NCBI GenBank assembly: GCA_965231095.1
Contig: OZ246416.1
Span: forward strand, 436,380-500,379
DNA from: an uncultured Gammaproteobacteria bacterium
Lineage (GTDB): Bacteria > Patescibacteriota > Patescibacteriia > XYB2-FULL-38-15
Length of the DNA stretch: 64,000 bases
Direction of reading: 5' to 3'
Part shown: positions 27,263 through 36,498 of the stretch, piece by piece
How positions within the stretch are numbered: position 1 is the first letter of the stretch
Layout: every line of letters starts with the position of its first letter
Program-made: the position numbers and the translations under genes
The notes under the pieces: model-generated
What the model was told of the DNA's origin: nothing
The model's input: the letters and a program-made list of their open reading frames with translations, nothing else
Databases searched by the model: none

Positions 27263-28462
27263 CTAATTTTTAATGGGTGACATCTTGCGTAATTTTTCCA
27301 CAATGCCCGGCAACACTTTTATTAAACGACTCACTTCTTCTTCATTATTATTTTTTCCCAAAGTAACGCGCAAACTCCCGTGGGAAACAATCGGAGAAAT
27401 TCCCATCGCCGAAAGAACGTGTGATGGCTCAAGCGACCCGGAGGAACAGGCCGAGCCGGTAGAGATGGCGATTCCTTCCATATCAAGCATCAATAAAATA
27501 CTTTCCCCCTCAACATTTTTGAAACAAAAACTCGCATTTCCGGGAACGCGTTTTTCCGGATCGCCGGATAAAATCGCGGCGGGAATTTTTTGCAGCACGC
27601 TCTTGATTAATTTATCGCGTAATTTTTTTATTCTTAAATTTTGACTTTTGGCTTTTGGCTTTTGACTTAACAACTCTATCGCCTTTCCCATTCCAACAAT
27701 TCCCGCAACATTCTCCGTTCCCGAACGGATTCCTTGTTCCTGATGTCCGCCAAAAACAATCGGCAAAAGCGGCGTCCCACTCCGTAAAAACAAAACCCCT
27801 ACGCCCTTTGGCCCATAAATTTTATGCGCCGAAAGCGAAAGCATATCTACTCCCAAAAAATCCACCCGGCAATCGCAAAAATTTGCCGCCTGAACCGCGT
27901 CGGTATGAAAATAAATTTTTTCCTGCTTCCCCCGGCCGGCATTAATTTTTTTAATCAATTCTCCAATCTCCCGAATGGGCTGGATTGTGCCGACTTCATT
28001 GTTGACGTACATCACGGAAACTAAAATTGTTTCCGGCCGAATCGCTTTTTCCACCTCACTCACTTTGACTAAGCCGGTCTTGGTCACCGGCAAATACGAC
28101 ACTTCGACTTCTTCCTTTTTTAATTCGCGGCAAACTTCAAGAACGGCCGGATGTTCAATCGCCGAAGTAATAACATGTATTTTTCTTTTGGGGTCAAGCG
28201 CCCGTGCCCGCCGGAGAAATCCTAAAATCGCGAGGTTGTTGCTCTCGGTCGCCCCAGAAGTAAAAATAATTTCTTTTGGCGCGCAGTCCAAAAATTTCGC
28301 TACCGCCTCGCGCGCCCCCTCTACTCCCGCCCGCGCCGCCTGCCCAAAACTATGGAGCGACGAAGCATTGCCAAAATCATTTTTTAAATACGGCAACATC
28401 GCCCGCAAAACCTCGGGATCTATCGGAGTAGTTGCTGAATGGTCAAAATATATTCGCTTCAT
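27263..28462 (-). CDS. iscS: Cysteine desulfurase IscS/NifS
   Basis: DHSATT, TSGATESNN, SAHKIYGPKG, STGSACSS. Confidence 0.93.
   Translation of the reverse strand: MKRIYFDHSATTPIDPEVLRAMLPYLKNDFGNASSLHSFGQAARAGVEGAREAVAKFLDCAPKEIIFTSGATESNNLAILGFLRRARALDPKRKIHVITSAIEHPAVLEVCRELKKEEVEVSYLPVTKTGLVKVSEVEKAIRPETILVSVMYVNNEVGTIQPIREIGELIKKINAGRGKQEKIYFHTDAVQAANFCDCRVDFLGVDMLSLSAHKIYGPKGVGVLFLRSGTPLLPIVFGGHQEQGIRSGTENVAGIVGMGKAIELLSQKPKAKSQNLRIKKLRDKLIKSVLQKIPAAILSGDPEKRVPGNASFCFKNVEGESILLMLDMEGIAISTGSACSSGSLEPSHVLSAMGISPIVSHGSLRVTLGKNNNEEEVSRLIKVLPGIVEKLRKMSPIKN
27634..27668. repeat. 7-nt tandem array in frame within iscS (encodes SQKPKAKSQNL)
   Basis: ttaaatt ttgactt ttggctt ttggctt ttgactt. 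Confidence 0.8.
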
Positions 28463-28468
28463 AATATA

Positions 28469-28693
28469 TTAAACTGCCACCACTTCTTTTACTCCATCCA
28501 CTTTTGTTTTCAAAGCTCTCGCGATTCCCTGCTCTAGGGTCATCGCCGCCATTGGACAATGATGGCAAGCGCCGGTAAGTTTTACTTTTACCACACCGAT
28601 TTTTTCATCAACATCAACAAGTTCAACATCACCGCCGTCGGCCTGAAGCGCCGGTCTTATTTCGTCTAAAATTTTCTTGATTTTATCTTTCAT
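28469..28693 (-). CDS. NifU-like (Nfu) domain protein
   Basis: [14 protein letters not shown] and GACHHCP. Confidence 0.92.
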   Translation of the reverse strand: MKDKIKKILDEIRPALQADGGDVELVDVDEKIGVVKVKLTGACHHCPMAAMTLEQGIARALKTKVDGVKEVVAV

Positions 28694-28697
28694 AAAA

Positions 28698-29093
28698 TTA
28701 TTTATTTAATTTTTTAATCGCGTCGTGCAACGCTTCAATCGCGAGCACTGAACAATGTAATTTAATCGGCGGAAGACCGCCTAATGAATCAGCAATATTT
28801 GCTTTTGTCACCTTGGCCGCAACCTCCAATGGCTTGCCTTTTACCAAATCCGTAATCATGGACGATGTCGCAATCGCCGCAGCGCAACCAAGCGTCTCAA
28901 ATTTAATATCTTTAACGTAATCAACCGTTTCCCCGTCAATTTTTTTCTTATCAATCTTTAAATACAACTTCATCATGTCGCCGCACAGGGGATTTCCCGC
29001 CTCCCCCACCGAGGTAGGATTTTTTATCACCCCTTGATTATGCGGATTTTTAAAATGCTCTAGCACTTCTTTTGAATATATAATTTGGCTCAT
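28698..29093 (-). CDS. iscU: Fe-S scaffold IscU/NifU-N
   Basis: [26 protein letters not shown]. Confidence 0.9.
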   Translation of the reverse strand: MSQIIYSKEVLEHFKNPHNQGVIKNPTSVGEAGNPLCGDMMKLYLKIDKKKIDGETVDYVKDIKFETLGCAAAIATSSMITDLVKGKPLEVAAKVTKANIADSLGGLPPIKLHCSVLAIEALHDAIKKLNK

Positions 29094-29108
29094 ATATAAA
29101 ATTTAAAA

Positions 29109-29480
29109 TTAAGCCGCTATTTTTGTCTCTCTTAATTTATTTAAACGACGACGATAATATCTAACTTCTTCCGCCCCGCTATTGTCCTCTCTTACTATAA
29201 CTTCTTCATTTTCATCTAAAAATTTTTCAATTTCCAAAATAATCCTTTCCTGGGTTTCAAGTTCAGTCTCAGCTTCCAGTCGATCAAAAAGTTTATCAAG
29301 CTCAACAACCGCCTGCAGTCTCTTCCGATTTTCAGCTATAAATTCTTTTGATAGTTCTTCCTCCTCCTCTTCCGAAGATCGCCGTACGTCTTTTTTCTCC
29401 TCCGAAGCTCCTTCCGGCGTTTCATGCTCGGCCTCTATCTTTCTCAAAAGACTATCAAAGGAAATTTCTGAATCTTTCAT
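29109..29480 (-). CDS. Acidic helical hypothetical protein
   Basis: E-rich ORF; C-terminal half resembles the neighbouring gene product. Confidence 0.65.
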   Translation of the reverse strand: MKDSEISFDSLLRKIEAEHETPEGASEEKKDVRRSSEEEEEELSKEFIAENRKRLQAVVELDKLFDRLEAETELETQERIILEIEKFLDENEEVIVREDNSGAEEVRYYRRRLNKLRETKIAA

Positions 29481-29539
29481 AAATAAATCTATAAACTTGC
29501 GAACTTAATACCCGCTAGCTTGAAACTTATAAACTAGAA

Positions 29540-29800
29540 TCAAGCCGCCGGTTTTGCCAAAATTTTTTCTAACCTATCATAATAACCGCCAAGCAACTCC
29601 CTGGCTCCCTCTTCTTTGTGGAATAACTGATTATACCTTTCAAGTGTTTGTCTGATATCCCCCGCCAATTCTTCCCGTCGGTCTCCATTAACTCCATCAG
29701 CCTCCAACTGCCGGAATAACCTCTCCAGTTCCTGCATTATTTCCACTTCTGCCGCGGCTTCGGCAGACATTGTTTCTCTGACATTTTTAGGCATGACCAT
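29540..29800 (-). CDS. Acidic helical hypothetical protein (probable paralog of 29109-29480)
   Basis: ELERLFRQLEAD..YYDRLEK..KPAA versus ELDKLFDRLEAE..YYRRRLNK..KIAA. Confidence 0.65.
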   Translation of the reverse strand: MVMPKNVRETMSAEAAAEVEIMQELERLFRQLEADGVNGDRREELAGDIRQTLERYNQLFHKEEGARELLGGYYDRLEKILAKPAA

Positions 29801-29926
29801 ATAAATTATCCTTAAAAATTTAAACCTCCATTTTCCAATTATATCTAATTCTCACTTAAATTTCAAGTATCCGCCCAAAATGGGGTTGACAACCCAAAGC
29901 CTATTTGATAATATTTAAAACATCAG

Positions 29927-29966
29927 AACTTATTAACTTATTAGCTTATTGGCTTATCAGCTAAAC
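29927..29966. repeat. 8-nt tandem array in the rpmA leader
   Basis: aacttatt aacttatt agcttatt ggcttatc agctaaac. Confidence 0.75.
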
Positions 29967-29970
29967 GAAT

Positions 29971-30255
29971 ATGGCTCATAAAAAAGCAGGCGGTTCTACT
30001 AGTTTAGGCCGCGATTCACGTTCCCAAAGATTAGGCGTAAAAATGACCGAAGGCCAGATGGCCCATCCCGGCAGAATTTTAGTCCGCCAGCGCGGAACAA
30101 AAGTTCATCCCGGAAAAAATGTCCGGCGCGGGACTGACGATACTTTGTACGCCGTGGCCGACGGAATTGTAAAATTCACCACCAGAAAAAAGATGAAATT
30201 TGACGGAAATTTACGGATGACGAAAATCGTAAACGTCCTACCTAAAGAAGTTTAA
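29971..30255 (+). CDS. rpmA: 50S ribosomal protein L27
   Basis: [25 protein letters not shown]. Confidence 0.98.
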   Translation: MAHKKAGGSTSLGRDSRSQRLGVKMTEGQMAHPGRILVRQRGTKVHPGKNVRRGTDDTLYAVADGIVKFTTRKKMKFDGNLRMTKIVNVLPKEV

Positions 30256-30268
30256 AAAATCATCCATT

Positions 30269-30297
30269 AAAAAGAAGGCCAATCTCGGCCTTCTTTT
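30269..30297. terminator. Bidirectional terminator
   Basis: aaaagaaggcc aatctc ggccttctttt. Confidence 0.8.
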
Positions 30298-30309
30298 GTT
30301 TTTATATTT

Positions 30310-31146
30310 TTATGATTTTTCCACGACAACCATTACTCGCGCGCCCGTCCGCATATCCGGCTCCGGCCGCGGATCTTGAAATTCGCGGTCTCCCCCAACC
30401 CAATCGTGCACTGCCCAAAGTAAATCGCCATATCTATAACGGTAGGCCTCTCCCCGTTTTGTCCCCGGATCGTTTGTGATAAAATTTTCTTCATCATACC
30501 CGCGGATCAAAAGCATGTGATAGAGCGGCCCGGGCTGATGGTAATATGGATTGCCAATGTCTCGACCGGCGAGCGGCACAATAATCAAATTTCCCGCCGC
30601 CAAATTTTTCTTTATTTCCGGTTCTGAAACCATTTTATTTAAAGACGCCTTAAGGCCAAAATATTTTTCTAAAACCTCGACGGTTTGCCCGGCAGTCAAG
30701 TCAATGGGATAACCATTTTTTTCCTCCCACTCCACCAACTTTAAAATTTCTTCCGCCATTATATTATTATCCAATTTTTCATTTTTAAAATATCTCGCCG
30801 CCATAATCATTGACGCCTCTTCACAGGCCTCTTGATACGGCATACTCCAATCTCCCTGCGGCGCCTGCGAAGCGAAAGCAACTTTGATGTCAAATTTATC
30901 CGGCAGGACTGATGGTTCCGCTTTTTCGGTATTTACATTTATGTTGGCGTTGGCAGTCTCTTCTTCCTGATTATTTTCCTGATTTACATTTGCGGCATTG
31001 ACCGGCGGCAGAACATTTCCTTCAGCTTGGCTGTTTTGATTTTCCTGATTATTCGGCGTATTTTGATTATCTAAAAAACCCGACCGCGTTTCGCAGCCCG
31101 CGCCGACAAGAAATAAAATTGCGATAATAAAAAATATACGTTTCAT
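30310..31146 (-). CDS. Lipoprotein with a C39-like peptidase domain
   Basis: LVGAGC lipobox, N/Q-rich linker, QAP..W...QEACEEAS, YHML..GYD, NDPGT. Confidence 0.8.
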   Translation of the reverse strand: MKRIFFIIAILFLVGAGCETRSGFLDNQNTPNNQENQNSQAEGNVLPPVNAANVNQENNQEEETANANINVNTEKAEPSVLPDKFDIKVAFASQAPQGDWSMPYQEACEEASMIMAARYFKNEKLDNNIMAEEILKLVEWEEKNGYPIDLTAGQTVEVLEKYFGLKASLNKMVSEPEIKKNLAAGNLIIVPLAGRDIGNPYYHQPGPLYHMLLIRGYDEENFITNDPGTKRGEAYRYRYGDLLWAVHDWVGGDREFQDPRPEPDMRTGARVMVVVEKS

Positions 31147-31195
31147 AGATTTTTATCTCACCATATTTCTATAACGAAGTCAAGACTGATATATT

Positions 31196-32824
31196 TCATC
31201 CCCGATTTTTAAGGCACGCCGAAATGAATTCTTTAAAAAGTGGATGTGGGTTTAACGGCCTACTCTTAAACTCGGGGTGAAATTGCGCGCCGACAAAGAA
31301 CGGGTGATCTTTAATTTCAATAATTTCTACTAAACTATTATCCGGCGAGGTACCGGCAATCACAAGTCCCGCTTTTTCAAATTGTTCGCGATAAGCATTG
31401 TTAAATTCATAACGATGGCGATGCCGTTCAGAAATATTTTTCTGACCGTAAGCTTTATAACTCAAAGATTTTTTGTTTAAAACGCAGGGATACGCCCCAA
31501 GCCTCATTGTCCCACCATACTTTTTATTTTTTACCAAATCGCTTTGACTTTCCATAATATGGATAATCGGATTTGATGTTTTGGGATTAATTTCCGCCGT
31601 GTTGGCATCCGCCAGTCCGCAGATATTTCGCGCGAATTCCACCACCGCTATCTGCATTCCGTAACACAAACCAAAATATGGAATTTTATTTTCCCGGCAA
31701 TATTGAATCGCTTTTATTTTTCCTTCCACCCCGCGCGCCCCAAAACCGCCCGGAACAATTATGCCGTCAAGCTGTTTTAACTCTTTTAATTTGGCCGGAT
31801 TTTTTTCATATTCTTCCGAATTCAACCAAGTTAAAACCGGCTTGCGATTTTGCGCCCAGGCCGCATGTTTTACCGCCTCAATCACGGAGATATAAACATC
31901 AGACAAAACAAAATTTCCCGTGGTAAAATATTTTCCCACTATGCCCACGCGCACTTCACCCTTCGCCGTTTTAATTGTCTTAATAAGTTTCCGCCACTCC
32001 ACCAAATCTTTTTGGCGCGCTCGCATGTTAAATTTTGAAAGAATTCTTTGTCCCAACTGTTCTTTTTCAAAATTTATCGGCACATCATAAATTGAATCAA
32101 CGTCCGGCGCGGAAATAACGTCTCGTTTGTCCACATTGCAAAAAACGGATAATTTTCTTTTTCTTGGTTCATCAAGCGGCTGTTCGGCTCGGCATAAAAT
32201 AAAATCTGGCTGAATCCCCGCGGCGTTCAAAAGTTGCGCCGCTTGCTGGGTCGGTTTGGTTTTCATCTCTCCGATTTTTGACGGAATTGGCAAATAACTT
32301 ACTAAAACAAAAAGGACGTCGTCCGGACGCCGCTGATGTAACATTCTCGCCGCTTCCAAAAATAAAACATTTTGATATTCGCCGACCGTGCCGCCGACTT
32401 CAACAATAGTGAAATCTGCTTTGGCGATTTTTGCCGCGCGGCGGATGCGGCGAATTACTTCTTCCGGAACATGAGGAACAACTTCAACACATTTTCCGCC
32501 GTATTCCAAATTTCTTTCTTTCTGAATAACTGTCTGATAAACCCGGCCGGTGGTCATGTAGTTGTCTGAATAAATATTTGTGTCCAAAAATCTTTCGTAG
32601 TTCCCAATATCCTGATCTGTCTCATCACCATCTTCTGTGACAAAAACTTCTCCGTGCTCAACCGGATTCATGGTTCCGGCGTCAACATTAATATAAGGAT
32701 CAATTTTCACGGCTGTCACGCGAAAACCTTTTCCTTGTAAAATTTTTCCGATGGAGGCCGAAGCTGTCCCTTTCCCCACTCCGGACATCACACCGCCCAC
32801 GACAAAAATAAATTTGGTTGCCAT
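31196..32824 (-). CDS. pyrG: CTP synthase
   Basis: GGVMSGVGKG, DPYINVDAGTM, GLCYGMQ, QFHPEF. Confidence 0.97.
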   Translation of the reverse strand: MATKFIFVVGGVMSGVGKGTASASIGKILQGKGFRVTAVKIDPYINVDAGTMNPVEHGEVFVTEDGDETDQDIGNYERFLDTNIYSDNYMTTGRVYQTVIQKERNLEYGGKCVEVVPHVPEEVIRRIRRAAKIAKADFTIVEVGGTVGEYQNVLFLEAARMLHQRRPDDVLFVLVSYLPIPSKIGEMKTKPTQQAAQLLNAAGIQPDFILCRAEQPLDEPRKRKLSVFCNVDKRDVISAPDVDSIYDVPINFEKEQLGQRILSKFNMRARQKDLVEWRKLIKTIKTAKGEVRVGIVGKYFTTGNFVLSDVYISVIEAVKHAAWAQNRKPVLTWLNSEEYEKNPAKLKELKQLDGIIVPGGFGARGVEGKIKAIQYCRENKIPYFGLCYGMQIAVVEFARNICGLADANTAEINPKTSNPIIHIMESQSDLVKNKKYGGTMRLGAYPCVLNKKSLSYKAYGQKNISERHRHRYEFNNAYREQFEKAGLVIAGTSPDNSLVEIIEIKDHPFFVGAQFHPEFKSRPLNPHPLFKEFISACLKNRG

Positions 32825-32849
32825 AAATATCAAAACAATTAATTACCTA

Positions 32850-33296
32850 TTATTTCTCCTCCACCACTCTCACTAAAATCTTCGCTTCCAGCCCTCCTTT
32901 CAATTTTACCACAATTTCGTGTCCACCGACATCTTTGATCGGTTTATCCAATTTTATTTTCCCACCCTCCATTTCAAAACCCTTTCTTTTGAGTTCCGCG
33001 GCAATTTCTTCCACACCAACCGAACCGTAAAGTTTTCCTCCCTCGCCGACCTTGGCCGCGATTTTAATTTCCGCCCCGGAGATTTCTTTGGCCAATTTTT
33101 TCAGCCGTTTTTCTTCGTGCGCCGCCTTCTCCACCGCCGCCTGTTTTTGCGCTTCAACTTTTGCCACAAAACCCGAGGTCGCCAACCGCGCCAAACCTTT
33201 TGGAATCAAAAAATTCCGGGCAAAACCCTCGGCCACCTCTTTTGTCTCCCCCGCCCGCCCGACTTTATCCACATTTTTTAGTAAAATAACTTTCAT
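32850..33296 (-). CDS. rplI: 50S ribosomal protein L9
   Basis: MKVILL..VG..GE...[18 protein letters not shown]. Confidence 0.96.
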   Translation of the reverse strand: MKVILLKNVDKVGRAGETKEVAEGFARNFLIPKGLARLATSGFVAKVEAQKQAAVEKAAHEEKRLKKLAKEISGAEIKIAAKVGEGGKLYGSVGVEEIAAELKRKGFEMEGGKIKLDKPIKDVGGHEIVVKLKGGLEAKILVRVVEEK

Positions 33297-33492
33297 ATAT
33301 ATCAGTATATTATACCAAAAAAAATTTAAAAATCAAAAACTAACTATACATTTAACATATACCACTGACCCTTAATAAGATGATGACTAACGCCCGTTAA
33401 ATATATATTAAATTAACTATACCCCCCTCTCTTCATCTTTCCATCATAAAAAAAGAATATACTATAAAGTGGGAAATTTAAAGATTAAATTT

Positions 33493-33768
33493 ATGGATCA
33501 GGACTTGTGCTATTGCGGAGAACGAGCCACTCGCGGTGAGGGGTTGCTTCGAAACACCATGTCCTGCCAGTCTTGCGGCAGCGAATGGGAAATCACCCAT
33601 TGCTGGAATTGCGGCGAACAAATTGACGGAAGATTTTCTTCAACCTGCCGCGCCTGCGACTGGTATCTCTGCGCCAAATGCGGGGCGCACGAACCGGACT
33701 GCACTAACACTCTAAACGCAAAAGCGCGCGTCGGGAATGCGGCTACTTTCGGCAGTACGGCAGTTTAA
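33493..33768 (+). CDS. Small Cys-rich multi-zinc-ribbon protein
   Basis: CYC, CQSC, CWNC, CRAC, CAKC..H...C; alternative GTG start at 33469. Confidence 0.65.
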   Translation: MDQDLCYCGERATRGEGLLRNTMSCQSCGSEWEITHCWNCGEQIDGRFSSTCRACDWYLCAKCGAHEPDCTNTLNAKARVGNAATFGSTAV

Positions 33769-33783
33769 TTTTTTCAAAAATGA

Positions 33784-33808
33784 AAAAGAGGCACTGAAGC
33801 CTCTTTTT
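33784..33808. terminator. Bidirectional terminator
   Basis: aaaagaggc actgaa gcctctttt. Confidence 0.75.
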
Positions 33809-33813
33809 GTATT

Positions 33814-35061
33814 TTATTCCGTCTGATTTATAATTTCTATTGCTTTGTCCATTTGCGGATCGCGGCTGGCGTTGTAATCCTCTTCAGTCAATTCTATTTC
33901 TACGTCCGGCGCTATTCCCTCTTTATCAATATGCCTGCCTTTTGGCGTCAGCCATTCGGCCACGGTAATTTTTACGGCTGAACCGTCCGTGAGCGGCTCC
34001 AGAGTTTGCACCGACCCTTTCCCAAAAGTTTTTTCTCCGACAAGCGTTGCCTTGCCATAATCTTGGAGCGCGCCGGCCACAATTTCCGAAGCTGAAGCTG
34101 AGCCTTGGTTTACTAAAACCACGGTTTTTAAATTCGCAAACCGCGCGAGGCCACTGGAACGGCCCTCACTTTTATTTCCGTCATCCATCTGCTCAATCAC
34201 AACAATATCATTTTCTATCCATTCCCCGGCCACTTCCACGGCTGTGTTCAAAAATCCGCCCGGATTATTTCTTAAGTCCAAAATCAAGCCCTTGGGATTT
34301 TTCGCGAGAAGTTCAATCGCGGCCTGATTAAATCTTCTTTCCGTATCTTCATTAAAATGATTTATTTCAATGTAGGCAATATCATTTTTCATTTCCCATT
34401 TTACGCTCGCCACTTCAATCGTATCACGCGTGATTTTAATATCTTTTGTTTTGTCCCAGCTTTCGCGCCAAACTGTTAAAGTGACATCTGTCCCTTTTTC
34501 TCCGCGAATAATACTTACGGCATAATCAAGCGCCATGTCAAGAGTATCTTGCCCATCAATCGCCAAAATTTTATCGCCGGCCATAAGTCCGGCCCGCATT
34601 GCCGGGGTATCAGGCAGCGGTGCAACAATTGTCAGCTGATTATTTTTTATGCCAAGCTCGGCGCCTATCCCGGAAAAAGTTCCTTCCAACTCTTGTTTAA
34701 AATCCGCTGCGGTTTTGGGATCAAAAAAAACCGAATAAGGATCCTTAAGGGAAGAGACAATCCCCGTCAGCGCTCCGTAGAAAAGTTGAGTGTCGGTTAC
34801 CGGCTGATGAACATAATTATTTTTTGCCAAATTCCAAACTTCCCAAAAAAGATTAAAATCAACATCTTTGGACAAATATTCCGGTAGCGCCTCCTTGTTT
34901 TGAATTTCTCCGCCGTAAATTTCTTTTTCTGCCGCGACTCTCCCCTGCCGCGCTCCGAGCGCCATGCCTCCTAAAAATCCGCCAAGCACCAAAACCAAAA
35001 TTATATAAACTGAGGTATATTTAAAAATAAATTTATATTTTTCGGTGATTTTTAAATCCAT
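33814..35061 (-). CDS. S41 carboxyl-terminal processing protease (PDZ)
   Basis: GIGAE, DLRNNPGG, SASASEI, TFGKGSVQ. Confidence 0.93.
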   Translation of the reverse strand: MDLKITEKYKFIFKYTSVYIILVLVLGGFLGGMALGARQGRVAAEKEIYGGEIQNKEALPEYLSKDVDFNLFWEVWNLAKNNYVHQPVTDTQLFYGALTGIVSSLKDPYSVFFDPKTAADFKQELEGTFSGIGAELGIKNNQLTIVAPLPDTPAMRAGLMAGDKILAIDGQDTLDMALDYAVSIIRGEKGTDVTLTVWRESWDKTKDIKITRDTIEVASVKWEMKNDIAYIEINHFNEDTERRFNQAAIELLAKNPKGLILDLRNNPGGFLNTAVEVAGEWIENDIVVIEQMDDGNKSEGRSSGLARFANLKTVVLVNQGSASASEIVAGALQDYGKATLVGEKTFGKGSVQTLEPLTDGSAVKITVAEWLTPKGRHIDKEGIAPDVEIELTEEDYNASRDPQMDKAIEIINQTE

Positions 35062-35075
35062 AAATATTTTAATTT

Positions 35076-36329
35076 TTAAATTCTCTTAATGTCCGCGCCG
35101 AGTTTCCGCAATCGTTCATCAATTCTTTCGTAACCGCGATCCACAATTTCCGCTTCGTTGATAATTGTTTCACCGGAGGCGATTAAACCGGCAATTATCA
35201 AAGTCGCGCCGGCGCGCAAATCAAAACTTTTTATTTCCTGGCCAGCAAGCGGAGTTGGTCCAGTAATAATGACGCGATGCGGATCAGCCACAATCGCATT
35301 TGCTCCCATTTTTACAAGTTCTCCAACATATCCCATTCGCCCTTCAAAAAGCGGATCGGCAATCAGGGTCGTACCGTCGCACTGCGTCGCGAGCACGCCG
35401 AACGGCGCCTGAAGATCGGTCGGGAAACCGGGATATGGCAATGTCTGCAAACGGAAAGCGCGTAAATTTTCCGACGGTTTGATTTTCAAAAAATCTTTGC
35501 CCACTTCAAAGTTCACGCCCGCCTCTTTTAATTTCAATAAAATTATTTCAAGATGATCCGGAATAATATTTTCAATAGTCACCTCTCCCCCGGAAACCGC
35601 CGCGGCCACGGCCAAAGTCCCAATTTCAATTTGATCGGGAATCAAAGTATGGCGCGCCCCGTGCAATTTTTCCACGCCGGAAATTTTTAGAGTGTGCGTA
35701 CCCGCGCCGGAAATTTTCGCCCCCATTTCCCCCAAAAATTTTATCAAATCCTGGACGTGCGGCTCGGCGGCGGCCAAATGAACTTCTGTTTCGCCTTTGG
35801 CCAGAGAAGCGGCCATTAAAAGATTCTCTGTTGCCGTAACGGAAAATTCTGGTAAAATGATAAGTGTACCGCGAAGACCGTCTGTTTCCAGATTAAAATG
35901 TCCATTCGTACGCGTAACTTTCGCCCCCAATTTTTCCAGGGCGTAAAAATGCGTGTCCGGCGGACGATTGCCGATGATACAGCCGCCCGGCTCGGGAATC
36001 GTCACCTTCTTAAAACGGGCGAGCATCGGTCCCAAAAATAAAATTGACGAACGCATGCTTTTCACGGCTTTTTCATCAAGCAGTTTTATGTCGGCGTCTT
36101 TGGCGCAAAGCGTCACTTCGTGATCTCCTGTCCATTCCACCTTCGCTCCCAAACTTTTTAAAATATCAAGCATCCGCATCACGTCAGAAATTTTTGGAAC
36201 ATTAGAAATTACGCATTCTTCGGAGGTCAAAAGAGTCGCCGCGATAATTGGCGTCGCCGCGTTCTTCATTCCGCTCGCCCGAATTTTCCCGTTTAATGGC
36301 TTGCCTCCACTAATGATAAATTTAGACAT
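35076..36329 (-). CDS. murA: UDP-GlcNAc 1-carboxyvinyltransferase MurA
   Basis: GMKNA, PGGCIIGNRP, SVTATEN, PGFPTDLQ, DLRAGA. Confidence 0.96.
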   Translation of the reverse strand: MSKFIISGGKPLNGKIRASGMKNAATPIIAATLLTSEECVISNVPKISDVMRMLDILKSLGAKVEWTGDHEVTLCAKDADIKLLDEKAVKSMRSSILFLGPMLARFKKVTIPEPGGCIIGNRPPDTHFYALEKLGAKVTRTNGHFNLETDGLRGTLIILPEFSVTATENLLMAASLAKGETEVHLAAAEPHVQDLIKFLGEMGAKISGAGTHTLKISGVEKLHGARHTLIPDQIEIGTLAVAAAVSGGEVTIENIIPDHLEIILLKLKEAGVNFEVGKDFLKIKPSENLRAFRLQTLPYPGFPTDLQAPFGVLATQCDGTTLIADPLFEGRMGYVGELVKMGANAIVADPHRVIITGPTPLAGQEIKSFDLRAGATLIIAGLIASGETIINEAEIVDRGYERIDERLRKLGADIKRI

Positions 36330-36412
36330 ACAATCAATTATTTAACAATTATTACAGTTTAGCCGTTTTTTTAAAAAAATACAAGAAATGCCTCATTTAT
36401 TATAAAAAAATA

Positions 36413-36495
36413 AATTACCAATTTCCAATTACTAATTTCCAATAAATTTTCCATGGCCAAAATTGATAATTGAAAATTGATAATTGAAAATTAAA
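36413..36495. repeat. Two 7-nt arrays in inverted orientation
   Basis: aattacc aatttcc aattact aatttcc ... aattgat aattgaa aattgat aattgaa aattaaa. Confidence 0.8.
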
Positions 36496-36498
36496 AAT

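Noticed and set aside
29489-29540. Loose aact/agct periodicity between the two small paralogs
   Set aside because: The period is irregular (7-8 nt with gaps), so it was not called as an array.
33341-33406. attC-like (ATTTAAC..GTTAAAT) or dif-like (atatgttaaat) site
   Set aside because: No complementary L boxes, too short for attC, no XerC arm, and no integrase in the window.
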